A DNA stretch of 64,000 nt from an uncultured Saccharospirillaceae bacterium (GTDB taxonomy: Bacteria > Bacteroidota > Bacteroidia > Flavobacteriales_D > CAJJDF01), in assembly GCA_950054195.1 (NCBI GenBank), contig CATLPG010000009.1, positions 7,943 through 71,942 of the forward strand, read 5' to 3'. The notes under the pieces are model-generated. The model saw nothing but the letters and a program-made list of their open reading frames with translations, was not told where the DNA came from and made no database searches. This document shows positions 17,087-25,562 of the stretch, piece by piece; position 1 is the stretch's first letter; each line of letters opens with the position of its first letter. Made by a program: the position numbers and the translations under genes.

Positions 17087-17446
17087 ATGAAAAAAACAAT
17101 GTTAAAATTAGTAATGCCAGCATTTTTGGGAGTATCAATGCTAGCAAGTTGTGGAAATGCACAAGAAGCAGACAAGTCGTTAACTAAGGCAGAATTTAAA
17201 GTCTATGGGAATTGCGGGATGTGTGAAAAAACCATTGAAGGCTCATTAAATGGACAAGATGGAATTGGTAATGCTGATTGGGATAAAGAAACCAAAATGA
17301 TTACTGTTACTTATGACCCTAAAAAAATGGATGAAAATAAAATCAAAGAAAAAATAGCAGGTGTTGGTTATGATACAGACTCTCATAGAGCAGATGAATC
17401 AGTGTATAATAATTTGCCTGGATGTTGTCAGTATGAAAGACCTTAG
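17087..17446 (+). CDS. heavy-metal-associated (HMA) domain lipoprotein
   Basis: It has a lipoprotein signal (LGVSMLASCG), an HMA motif (GNCGMCEKTIE) and a C-terminal PGCCQYERP. Confidence 0.75.
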   Translation: MKKTMLKLVMPAFLGVSMLASCGNAQEADKSLTKAEFKVYGNCGMCEKTIEGSLNGQDGIGNADWDKETKMITVTYDPKKMDENKIKEKIAGVGYDTDSHRADESVYNNLPGCCQYERP

Positions 17447-17463
17447 CAAGTTAATTTATAATA

Positions 17464-17488
17464 TCCCCCAATTTTATAAATTGGGGGA
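17464..17488 (+). terminator. hairpin after the HMA gene (11-bp stem)
   Basis: TCCCCCAATTT-tat-AAATTGGGGGA lies 18 nt after the stop. No clear T-run follows, so it may act as an end-of-operon stabiliser or terminator. Confidence 0.45.
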
Positions 17489-17745
17489 ATAGCTAAAATT
17501 CGAATTATATAAAGATTACTCCTTACAGTGTTGATATGTTGAAAAACAGATAAATTGTCAAAGAGATAACATAGTTATTCACATATATACCATAAGATAT
17601 TTTTTATAAAAAACTCAAGATTAAAAGCAAACCTCAAAGGTGTCCCAATGATACTGCAACGCGTGAAAAATACCTTAAAATAAATTAAGACTAGTTTTTC
17701 AACAAATAGAAATTTTTAACGTTTCACAAAAAAACATATTACAAT

Positions 17746-20700
17746 ATGAATTTAAAAGTCAAAATTATAACTAGTATATTGATTGGAACATTTAATTTTT
17801 TATTTTCCCAAGAAGATAAAATTATTAAGTTGAACTGGAAGCTTACTGATGAAAAATCAAACATTCTTTACTACAATGATTATAGCTCAGTTAATGTTGA
17901 AAGAATACCAAAAGTAATGTATAGAGAAAGGGTTCAAGATAATGAGAATCTTGAGGCTTCAATATCAATCGTATCTGAACGATTAATATCACCTAATGAA
18001 CTCAAAGCAGTTAATATAGATCTTAACTTGTTTTTGAACAATATAAATTTAAATGTTGAGAAAAGAAAAGGTGGGAATAAGACTTATGCTATAATTTCAT
18101 TTGATCCATTTTATTCAAAGAATGGACAATTTTACTTAATAGAAAAAGCCATTATAACATATATCTCTAAGCCAGATTATATTCAAAACACTGGTTTGAG
18201 ATCAGGGAACCTTTATGCCGTAAATTCTGTTTTAGCAACAGGAGATTTTTACAAGTTACATTCTACTAAAGATGGGGTTTATAAAATAACCTATGAAGAG
18301 CTCGAAGATGAAGGAATTTTGTCTTCTCCAATTTCATCTAATTTAATTAATATTTATGGTAATCATAATGGAATGTTACCAGAACATAATAGTGGATTTA
18401 GGTATGATGATCTTCAAAAAAATGCTATTAAGGTTTTTGATGGTGGTGATAATTTTTTTGGAAATGGTGATTATCTTCTATTTTACGCTGAGTCTCCACA
18501 TAAAAATAAATTCAATCAAAGCTCGGGATTATTTTATTATGAAAAAAACTTATACACTGAGCAATCAACCTATTTTATAACTACCACGGATATCAGTGGG
18601 GCTAAAAGAATTGGAGAAATTGAATCTTCTAACAGTACGCCAAATTATACAATGAGTATTTTTGATGATTTTAAAGCAAGAGAAATTGATAGTCGTAACT
18701 TAATGGCATTAAAAGATGGTGGTTCTGGGAAAAAATGGTTTGGAGAGTTGTTTGATATTCAATTGAATTACACATTCAGCTTCAGCTTCCCAAATATAGA
18801 TCCTATATCCAACGTTACAATAAAAACAGCATTGGCAGCTAGTGCTTATGGGGCTGACCCTTGCTCTTTCATTGTAAATTCAAATTCAAATACTCAAACA
18901 GTTGTTATTCCAGGAATACCTGTAAGTTCGTATGCAAATTATGCAAACGAAAAGGTTTCAACCCTTACTTTCACTACGTCATCAAGTAATGTGCCCTTAT
19001 CAATTAATTTTATAAAAGCTGCTAATAATGATTCTCAGGGATGGCTAGATTTTATCGAGATAAACGCTAGAAGGAAATTAATAATGAATGGTAATCAATT
19101 ATTGTTTAGAGATAAAAATTCTGTTGGGGTAGGAAACGTTACTTCATTTACCTTACAAAATACTACAGGAATTGATGAAATTTGGGATATAACAGACCCA
19201 ATTAATATATCCAAGCTTTTAACGAATGATATAGACACAGATAAAACATTTGTTTTTGATTCAGATACGCTAAGAGAATTTATAGCTTTTAAAACAAGTG
19301 GTTATTTATCAATAGAATTTGGCGAAAAAGTTGATAATCAGAATTTGCACGGACAAATGACTTCTGATTTAATGATTGTTTATCATCCAATTTTTAAAGC
19401 ACAAGTTGAAAAGTTAAAGGCTTATCATGAATCGAGAGGACTCACCGTAGTTACAGCTAGCGTATTTGAAATTTATAATGAATTTTCCTCAGGTATGCAA
19501 GATGTTACAGCTATTAAAACATATGCAAAAATGCATTATGATAGAGCTGGTGCAAACCTACCTAAATACCTATTATTGTTTGGAGATGGATCTTATGACT
19601 ATAAAGGGAGAGTCCAGCCAAATCATAATTTTGTTCCTGTTTGGGAGTCTCCTCAGTCGTTAAATGCTTTATCTAGTTACCCCTCTGATGATTTTTATGG
19701 TATTCTTGATGATAACGAAGGATTTGGAGATGCTGACATGATGGATATAGCTGTAGGTCGTTTAACTGTTAGATCGACTAGTGAAGCTAATATCATTGTA
19801 AATAAAATCATTAATTATCAAAAACAAGGAATATCATTAAACTCTCAAGCAACATGTAACACAGCTAATGCCAATAATCCTTATGGGGACTGGAGAAATA
19901 AATTAGTCTTTGTAACGGATGACGCAAATGTTAATTGGGAAATGGCTTTTTTTAGGCATGTAGAGAAAATTTCAGACTCTATTGAAAAAAATTATCCCTT
20001 GTTTAATATTAAAAAGTTACACATGGATGCCTTTAAACAGCAGTCCACCCCTGGAGGTGAAAGATATCCTGACGGGAAAGAGGCTATTAGAAGGGCAGTG
20101 GAAGAAGGATGTCTTATAATTGCTTATGAAGGACATGGAGGAGAAGTTGGATGGGCAGATGAAAGAATATTAGATTTAACAATGATAAATCGATGGACAA
20201 ATTATAATAAATCTCCAATATTTATGACAGCAACATGTGAATTCACCAAATTTGATGATCCAAGCAGAACATCAGCTGGAGAACAGCTATTTCTCAATCC
20301 AAATGGAGGTACCATTGCACTCTTTTCAACTACGAGAGCAGTCTTTCAGTCTGCAAATGAACGACTAATAGAAGCGTTTTACCAAGAGGCTTTTGTGAAA
20401 GATGCTGATGGAACTCCAAGAACTTTAGGAGACATTTATATGGAGACAAAAAACCATCCATTAGTGATAGGAAATAATAATGTAAGACGTTTTAGCTTAA
20501 TTGGAGATCCCGCTTTGAACTTAGCTTTTCCAAAACATAAAATTATTACTGATAGCTTAAATGGAGAAGAAATAACTGGGTTAATAGATACGCTAAAGGC
20601 ATTAAGTAAAGTTACAATTAGCGGTTACGTTGCCAATCAAGATGGGGCTATTTTAACTAGTTATAATGGCTTTGTTTATCCTACAGTTTATGACAAAAAA

Positions 20701-21615
20701 AAATGGCAGTTAACGTTGGGAAACACCTCACCAGCATATATAGCTGGATTTGATGAGTACAATAGTTTGCTATATAGAGGTAAAGCAACTGTCAAAAATG
20801 GAAGATTTAACTTCACATTCGTTGTTCCTAAGGATATTAATTATGCCTATGGATCAGGTAGGATAAGCTATTATGCATTTAATGGAGATGAAGATGCTAC
20901 TGGTTACAGCAGTAATATAACAGTTGGAGGAACAAACAATAAATTATTACAAGATAACACAGCTCCAAAGATAGAGTTGTTTTTAAATGATGAAAGTTTT
21001 ATCTCTGGAGGAATATCAGATGAAGCCCCTACTCTTTTAGCAAGAATATTTGATTCTAGTGGAATTAACACTACTGGAAATGGTATAGGTCATGACATAA
21101 CAGCTGTGATAGACGAAAATACGAACAATAGTATTGTTTTAAATAGTTATTACGAATCTGATGTAGATACATACCAAAAAGGAAAAGTCAGTTATCCAAT
21201 GTCAAAACTTGTGAATGGGAATCACACCCTTACTCTAAAAGCATGGGATGTGTATAATAATTCGTCAGAAGAAACAATCGAATTTGTTGTAGTTCAAAAC
21301 GAAGAATTAGCTATAGAACATGTCTTAAATTATCCTAATCCATTTACAACACACACAAAGTTCTTTTTTGAACATAATCAAACCTGTGAGACTTTAGAAG
21401 TTCAGGTCCAAGTTTTTACAATATCTGGAAAATTAGTAAAAACAATAAATCAAATAGTACTTACTGACGGATATAGGGCCGAGCCTATTGAGTGGAATGG
21501 AAAAGATGATTATGGGGATAATATAGGAAGAGGGACATACGTTTATCGCCTTAAAGTAACTGATCCAGAGAATAATAAAGCAGAAAAATTCGAAAAACTA
21601 GTTATTTTGAAGTAG
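17746..21615 (+). CDS. porU: type IX secretion system sortase PorU (peptidase C25 family)
   Basis: This 1289-aa protein has a signal peptide and a gingipain-type catalytic region (YEGHGGEVGWADE ... FMTATCEFTKFDD). The C-terminal beta-sandwich region reads LNYPNPFTTHTKFFFEHN...GTYVYRLKV. Size and order match PorU of Flavobacteriia. Confidence 0.8.
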   Translation: MNLKVKIITSILIGTFNFLFSQEDKIIKLNWKLTDEKSNILYYNDYSSVNVERIPKVMYRERVQDNENLEASISIVSERLISPNELKAVNIDLNLFLNNINLNVEKRKGGNKTYAIISFDPFYSKNGQFYLIEKAIITYISKPDYIQNTGLRSGNLYAVNSVLATGDFYKLHSTKDGVYKITYEELEDEGILSSPISSNLINIYGNHNGMLPEHNSGFRYDDLQKNAIKVFDGGDNFFGNGDYLLFYAESPHKNKFNQSSGLFYYEKNLYTEQSTYFITTTDISGAKRIGEIESSNSTPNYTMSIFDDFKAREIDSRNLMALKDGGSGKKWFGELFDIQLNYTFSFSFPNIDPISNVTIKTALAASAYGADPCSFIVNSNSNTQTVVIPGIPVSSYANYANEKVSTLTFTTSSSNVPLSINFIKAANNDSQGWLDFIEINARRKLIMNGNQLLFRDKNSVGVGNVTSFTLQNTTGIDEIWDITDPINISKLLTNDIDTDKTFVFDSDTLREFIAFKTSGYLSIEFGEKVDNQNLHGQMTSDLMIVYHPIFKAQVEKLKAYHESRGLTVVTASVFEIYNEFSSGMQDVTAIKTYAKMHYDRAGANLPKYLLLFGDGSYDYKGRVQPNHNFVPVWESPQSLNALSSYPSDDFYGILDDNEGFGDADMMDIAVGRLTVRSTSEANIIVNKIINYQKQGISLNSQATCNTANANNPYGDWRNKLVFVTDDANVNWEMAFFRHVEKISDSIEKNYPLFNIKKLHMDAFKQQSTPGGERYPDGKEAIRRAVEEGCLIIAYEGHGGEVGWADERILDLTMINRWTNYNKSPIFMTATCEFTKFDDPSRTSAGEQLFLNPNGGTIALFSTTRAVFQSANERLIEAFYQEAFVKDADGTPRTLGDIYMETKNHPLVIGNNNVRRFSLIGDPALNLAFPKHKIITDSLNGEEITGLIDTLKALSKVTISGYVANQDGAILTSYNGFVYPTVYDKKKWQLTLGNTSPAYIAGFDEYNSLLYRGKATVKNGRFNFTFVVPKDINYAYGSGRISYYAFNGDEDATGYSSNITVGGTNNKLLQDNTAPKIELFLNDESFISGGISDEAPTLLARIFDSSGINTTGNGIGHDITAVIDENTNNSIVLNSYYESDVDTYQKGKVSYPMSKLVNGNHTLTLKAWDVYNNSSEETIEFVVVQNEELAIEHVLNYPNPFTTHTKFFFEHNQTCETLEVQVQVFTISGKLVKTINQIVLTDGYRAEPIEWNGKDDYGDNIGRGTYVYRLKVTDPENNKAEKFEKLVILK

Positions 21616-21639
21616 TTAAAATGACTAAATCATAAATTA

Positions 21640-21733
21640 AAGTGGCAGTTGCGATGATACAGATTCTCATATAGCAGATAAATCTGTTTATTTAGAATTA
21701 CCTGGATGTTGTCAATATGAAAGACCTGAGTAA
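21640..21733 (+). pseudogene. 3' relic of a second HMA-lipoprotein gene
   Basis: It reads ...DTDSHIADKSVYLELPGCCQYERPE* versus ...DTDSHRADESVYNNLPGCCQYERP* at the end of the intact gene at 17087..17446. By hand alignment, 60 of 72 nt are identical (21656-21727 vs 17372-17443). No start codon or HMA motif remains. Confidence 0.75.
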
Positions 21734-21743
21734 TAAAGATAAA

Positions 21744-21771
21744 CTTAGCCTCGATTTTTGTCAAGGCTAGG
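21744..21771. terminator. hairpin between convergent units (HMA relic and P-type ATPase)
   Basis: CTTAGCCTCGA-ttttt-GTCAAGGCTAGG forms an imperfect stem of about 9 bp, flanked by A/T on both sides and 10 nt from the ATPase stop. Confidence 0.4.
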
Positions 21772-21781
21772 TTTCTATTTT

Positions 21782-23755
21782 CTACCACTTCATTCTCTGC
21801 AATCTAATTGCGTTAAGAATAGCTAAAAGTGCAACTCCAACATCAGCAAAAACAGCTTCCCACATAGTAGCTAAACCTCCTGCTCCAAGTGTAAGCACAA
21901 TAATTTTCACACTAAATGCCAAAAATATGTTTTGCCAAATTATCTTTTGTGTAGTTCTTCCAATTTTAATTCCTGTTGCAATTTTTGAGGGTTGATCGGT
22001 TTGAATAATGACATCAGCAGTCTCGATAGCAACATCACTTCCTAACCCCCCCATTGCAATACCAACATCACTTGCTGCAATAACTGGAGCATCATTTATT
22101 CCATCCCCTACAAAAGCAACTATTTTTGATTTATCCTTGTTTAACTCCTCAACCTCATTTAATTTGTCTTCTGGAAGTAAACCGCCTTTTGCATAGTCAA
22201 TATTTAGTTCTTTTGCTACCTCCAGTGTAATAGAATCCTTATCGCCAGAAAGCATAATCAATTCTTTTATGCCAACACTTCTTAATTGGTTAATACTTTC
22301 CTTGGCATCCTCTTTTAGTTCGTCAGCAATAGTAACATAGCCAGCAAAATCTCCTCCTATTGAAACAAGGACAATGCTCTCAACAATATCATTTATTTCA
22401 GTGGGTGTAGAAATATTAAATTGTTCCATTAATTTACCATTACCAACAGCAATTTTTTTCCCTTCAATAGTTCCTGTAAGTCCTTTTCCTGCTATTTCTT
22501 TAATATCTGATACTTCCAGTAAAGGAGAATCTTTATCATATTCCATAATTGCTTTTGCAATAGGATGTGTTGACTTTGACTCTATTGCCATTAATTGTTT
22601 CATAAAATCAATTTCAGATATGGAATTAAATATTTTTATTTCTTTAATCTTAAAAACACCTTTTGTAACTGTACCTGTTTTATCCATTACAAGTGTATTT
22701 ATCTTAGATAATTGGTCAAGAAAAGTTGCTCCTTTAAATAAAATTCCGTTTTTAGAAGCTGCACCTAATCCTCCAAAATAGCCTAACGGAATAGAAATGA
22801 CTAATGCACACGGACAGGAGATTACCAAGAATATTAAAGCACGATATAACCATTCACTAAAGATATATTCTTCTACAAAAAAGTAAGGAATAAAGCATAT
22901 CCCAATTGCTAAGTAAACCACTATTGGAGTGTAAATCTTCGCCAACTTTCTTATCAGTAATTCTGTTTTAGATTTACGGGAAGTAGCATTTTGTACCAAT
23001 TCTAAAATTCGAGAAATGGAACTATTATTATATAGCTTGGTTACTTTAGCTTCAATAACACCTTCCAAGTTAATAGAACCTGCTAATATTTTCTCTCCCT
23101 TAATTAAGGTTTGCGGCTTGCTTTCTCCTGTTAATGCTGAAGTATTTAAACTTGCCTTATCTGAAATTAATGTACTATCTAATGGTACTTTCTCTCCAAC
23201 TTTTATTTGAATTACTTCATCAATATCAACAGATTCAGGATTTACTTCTTGATAATTTCCACCTCTTAAAACATTAGCAATTTTAGGTCGTACATCAAGT
23301 AATGCTTTAATGTTATTTTTAGCTCTACTTACTGCTGCCGATTGAAATAATTCTCCAATTGCATAAAACAACATAACAGCTACTCCTTCAGGATATTCTC
23401 CAATAGCCATAGCACCAATAGTTGCTATACTCATTAAAAAAAACTCCGTAAATACTTCCCCTTTGTTAAGTGATATAAATGCGTGTTTTAGTACAGGTAA
23501 CCCAACAGGTAGATAAGCTGCAACATACCATACAATTTTTATCCAACCCTCAAAAAAATGAGCATTAAAAAGATGTTCAATTATTAAACCACTTAAAAGT
23601 ATAACAAGACTTATAAGTGCTGGATAATATTCTTTCCAGCTGTTGTTAGCATTGTCATTTGAATGTTCCTCTTCATCATGGTTAGCATGTGATGAATCAT
23701 TGCTATTTGTTTTTTCTTCTATTGAACAACAATCTTCGTTATTTTCTAAATCCAT
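21782..23755 (-). CDS. heavy-metal (Zn/Cd/Co-type) translocating P1B ATPase
   Basis: The N-terminus is His/Asp-rich (SSHANHDEEEHSNDNANN) and has no HMA domain. Core motifs are SCPCALVISIP, DKTGT and GDGINDAP. Metal specificity is inferred from the operon context. Confidence 0.85.
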   Translation of the reverse strand: MDLENNEDCCSIEEKTNSNDSSHANHDEEEHSNDNANNSWKEYYPALISLVILLSGLIIEHLFNAHFFEGWIKIVWYVAAYLPVGLPVLKHAFISLNKGEVFTEFFLMSIATIGAMAIGEYPEGVAVMLFYAIGELFQSAAVSRAKNNIKALLDVRPKIANVLRGGNYQEVNPESVDIDEVIQIKVGEKVPLDSTLISDKASLNTSALTGESKPQTLIKGEKILAGSINLEGVIEAKVTKLYNNSSISRILELVQNATSRKSKTELLIRKLAKIYTPIVVYLAIGICFIPYFFVEEYIFSEWLYRALIFLVISCPCALVISIPLGYFGGLGAASKNGILFKGATFLDQLSKINTLVMDKTGTVTKGVFKIKEIKIFNSISEIDFMKQLMAIESKSTHPIAKAIMEYDKDSPLLEVSDIKEIAGKGLTGTIEGKKIAVGNGKLMEQFNISTPTEINDIVESIVLVSIGGDFAGYVTIADELKEDAKESINQLRSVGIKELIMLSGDKDSITLEVAKELNIDYAKGGLLPEDKLNEVEELNKDKSKIVAFVGDGINDAPVIAASDVGIAMGGLGSDVAIETADVIIQTDQPSKIATGIKIGRTTQKIIWQNIFLAFSVKIIVLTLGAGGLATMWEAVFADVGVALLAILNAIRLQRMKW

Positions 23756-24330
23756 CTCCTTACTTTTTGTTTATAATTGCTATATTCTTTACCATGCTCC
23801 TTCTCTAAAAAAGCTTCTTCTAATCTTATTTGAGTATTAATACTTACCGTAGATAATGAAATAATTAAAAGTGTAAATGCATTTGGCAAAACCAAAAATA
23901 GCCCAATATTAGCTATCATAATTCCCAGAAAAATAGGATTTCTTGACACTGAGAAAAATCCTTTAGTCACCAATTCAGTTTTATTGTTTTCATCAATACC
24001 AATTCTCCAAGAATTAGCCATTTGAGTTTGAGCAATTGACACAACTATCAGTGAAATAAAAAGCAATACCCACCCAATTATGACTAGAATCTCGTATTCT
24101 AAATACCAAAATGGTAAAAGAATATTCATCCAAGAATTATTGAAAGCATAAATGGCAACAACTACTATCTCAATCACTGATATAAAGGAAAAGATCTTTC
24201 CATTATAACCGTGAGCATCATCTCCTTTGCTGAATGTAAAGGGATTAATTTTAGTTTTTCTCCATAGTAAATATGACCTTAAAAAGAATACTAAAAAGAA
24301 ATAAATGATTAGAAAAATAAATAGGTACAT
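23746..24330 (-). CDS. ICMT/PEMT-family membrane methyltransferase-like protein
   Basis: It has five TM helices and the C-terminal block GFFSVSRNPIFLGIMIANIGLFL...LEEAFLEKEHGKEYSNYKQKVRRWI, typical of isoprenylcysteine carboxyl methyltransferase-like proteins. It overlaps the ATPase start by 10 nt. Confidence 0.65.
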   Translation of the reverse strand: MYLFIFLIIYFFLVFFLRSYLLWRKTKINPFTFSKGDDAHGYNGKIFSFISVIEIVVVAIYAFNNSWMNILLPFWYLEYEILVIIGWVLLFISLIVVSIAQTQMANSWRIGIDENNKTELVTKGFFSVSRNPIFLGIMIANIGLFLVLPNAFTLLIISLSTVSINTQIRLEEAFLEKEHGKEYSNYKQKVRRWI

Positions 24331-24343
24331 AATGTTTGTTTTT

Positions 24344-25552
24344 TTAATGTTCGTGTTCTAATTCTCCTGCCTTAGATTGTGCATTGACATAATAAGCTCC
24401 TTTAGTAACAATTTGCATTCCTTTTGGAATTTTATCTAACAGTTTAACAGCTGTAAACCCATTGTTTGTTGCACCAGCTATCACTCTTATTTTTGTGAAT
24501 TCAGTTTCTTTTTCTTCTTTTTTAGCTGCATATATGAAGGTCTCATTTCCATCTTTTATAATAGCACCTTCTGGAACAGCATTAGATTTACTATCAGTTA
24601 ACCAAATCTTTGCATTAATAAATAAATCTTTAAGGAATGTAGGTTTCTTTCCTTCCAAATGACCATGTACTCTTACTGTTTTTGTAGCCATATTAAACTC
24701 TTTCCCAATTACACTTATTTCTCCCGTATAGATAGTGTTTCCAAGCGCAGGTACGGTATAACTTATTTTTTGTCCCACTTTTACAGCTGCAATGTCTTTC
24801 TCAAAAACATCTAACTCAAGGTGTAAATGATCCGAAGAGATAATTTGCATAATAGCATTGGAAGGAATGGCATATATACCATTGTGCATATTAATTGAAG
24901 AAATATAACCACTCATTGGAGCTACTATTGGAATGCGTTCGCTTAACGTGTTAGGAGATAATTTTTCTACTGAAATCCCTAAATACTTTAATTGTTTTGC
25001 AAGAGCATTGGTTCTTGCCCTTAATATATCAACTTCTGCTTGTGAATTTTGTAAACTCTTAGAAACTCCTGCATTTGCATTTACTAAAGATTGTTGTCTT
25101 TCTAAGTTAAATTCTTTTAGTTTAAGTCCTGCTTTTGCTTCAAGATATTCTTGTTGCTTTAAAATAAAGCTAGTATTAGCAACATAAGCTATTACTTCTC
25201 CTTTTTTAATATAATCTCCTTCTACGTATTTTTTTGTTCCTTCAATAATTCCTTCTGCCTTAACCGAAACAGATGAATATGCGTTTGGAGGTAATCCTAT
25301 TAAACCGGTTGACTTGATAAAATCATTCACTTTTAAAGTTGAAAAATTGCCCAACTCTAATCCAATCGTGTTAATTTGTTCAGCAGTTAGGTGTATTGAT
25401 TCTTCTTCTCCTTCTTCATGGCTCGTGTGATTGCTTTCTTCTTCCGAATGACCGTGTTCTTCTCCTTCTTCGTGTTTATTACTGCAAGATGACGGAATAA
25501 GAATTGTTAGTAATAAGATTACTGATAATGTATATTTTATATTATTTTTCAT
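24344..25552 (-). CDS. RND periplasmic adaptor (CzcB-like) with His/Glu-rich termini
   Basis: It has a lipoprotein-like signal (IPSSCS) and His/Glu-rich stretches (HEEGEEHGHSEEESNHTSHEEGEE, and C-terminal ELEHEH). The HlyD-type core reads VAPMSGYISSINMHNGIY. Confidence 0.8.
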   Translation of the reverse strand: MKNNIKYTLSVILLLTILIPSSCSNKHEEGEEHGHSEEESNHTSHEEGEEESIHLTAEQINTIGLELGNFSTLKVNDFIKSTGLIGLPPNAYSSVSVKAEGIIEGTKKYVEGDYIKKGEVIAYVANTSFILKQQEYLEAKAGLKLKEFNLERQQSLVNANAGVSKSLQNSQAEVDILRARTNALAKQLKYLGISVEKLSPNTLSERIPIVAPMSGYISSINMHNGIYAIPSNAIMQIISSDHLHLELDVFEKDIAAVKVGQKISYTVPALGNTIYTGEISVIGKEFNMATKTVRVHGHLEGKKPTFLKDLFINAKIWLTDSKSNAVPEGAIIKDGNETFIYAAKKEEKETEFTKIRVIAGATNNGFTAVKLLDKIPKGMQIVTKGAYYVNAQSKAGELEHEH

Positions 25553-25562
25553 GATAAGTTTT

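Larger units (their letters stand above)
3120..17488 (+). other. copper resistance/efflux island (10 co-directional genes)
   Basis: This is a contiguous + strand run of an RND pump, multicopper oxidase, OMF, regulator, P1B ATPase, DUF305, adaptor and HMA protein. It has short or overlapping junctions, and a hairpin follows the last gene. Confidence 0.75.

Noticed and set aside
20695-20703. An A9 homopolymer inside porU, and similar A7-A9 runs at about 5431, 12261, 32507 and 34911, as phase-variation switches.
   Set aside because: Runs of this length are expected in Lys-rich coding regions of an AT-rich genome. All are currently in frame, and no paired invertase or alternative frame product is evident.
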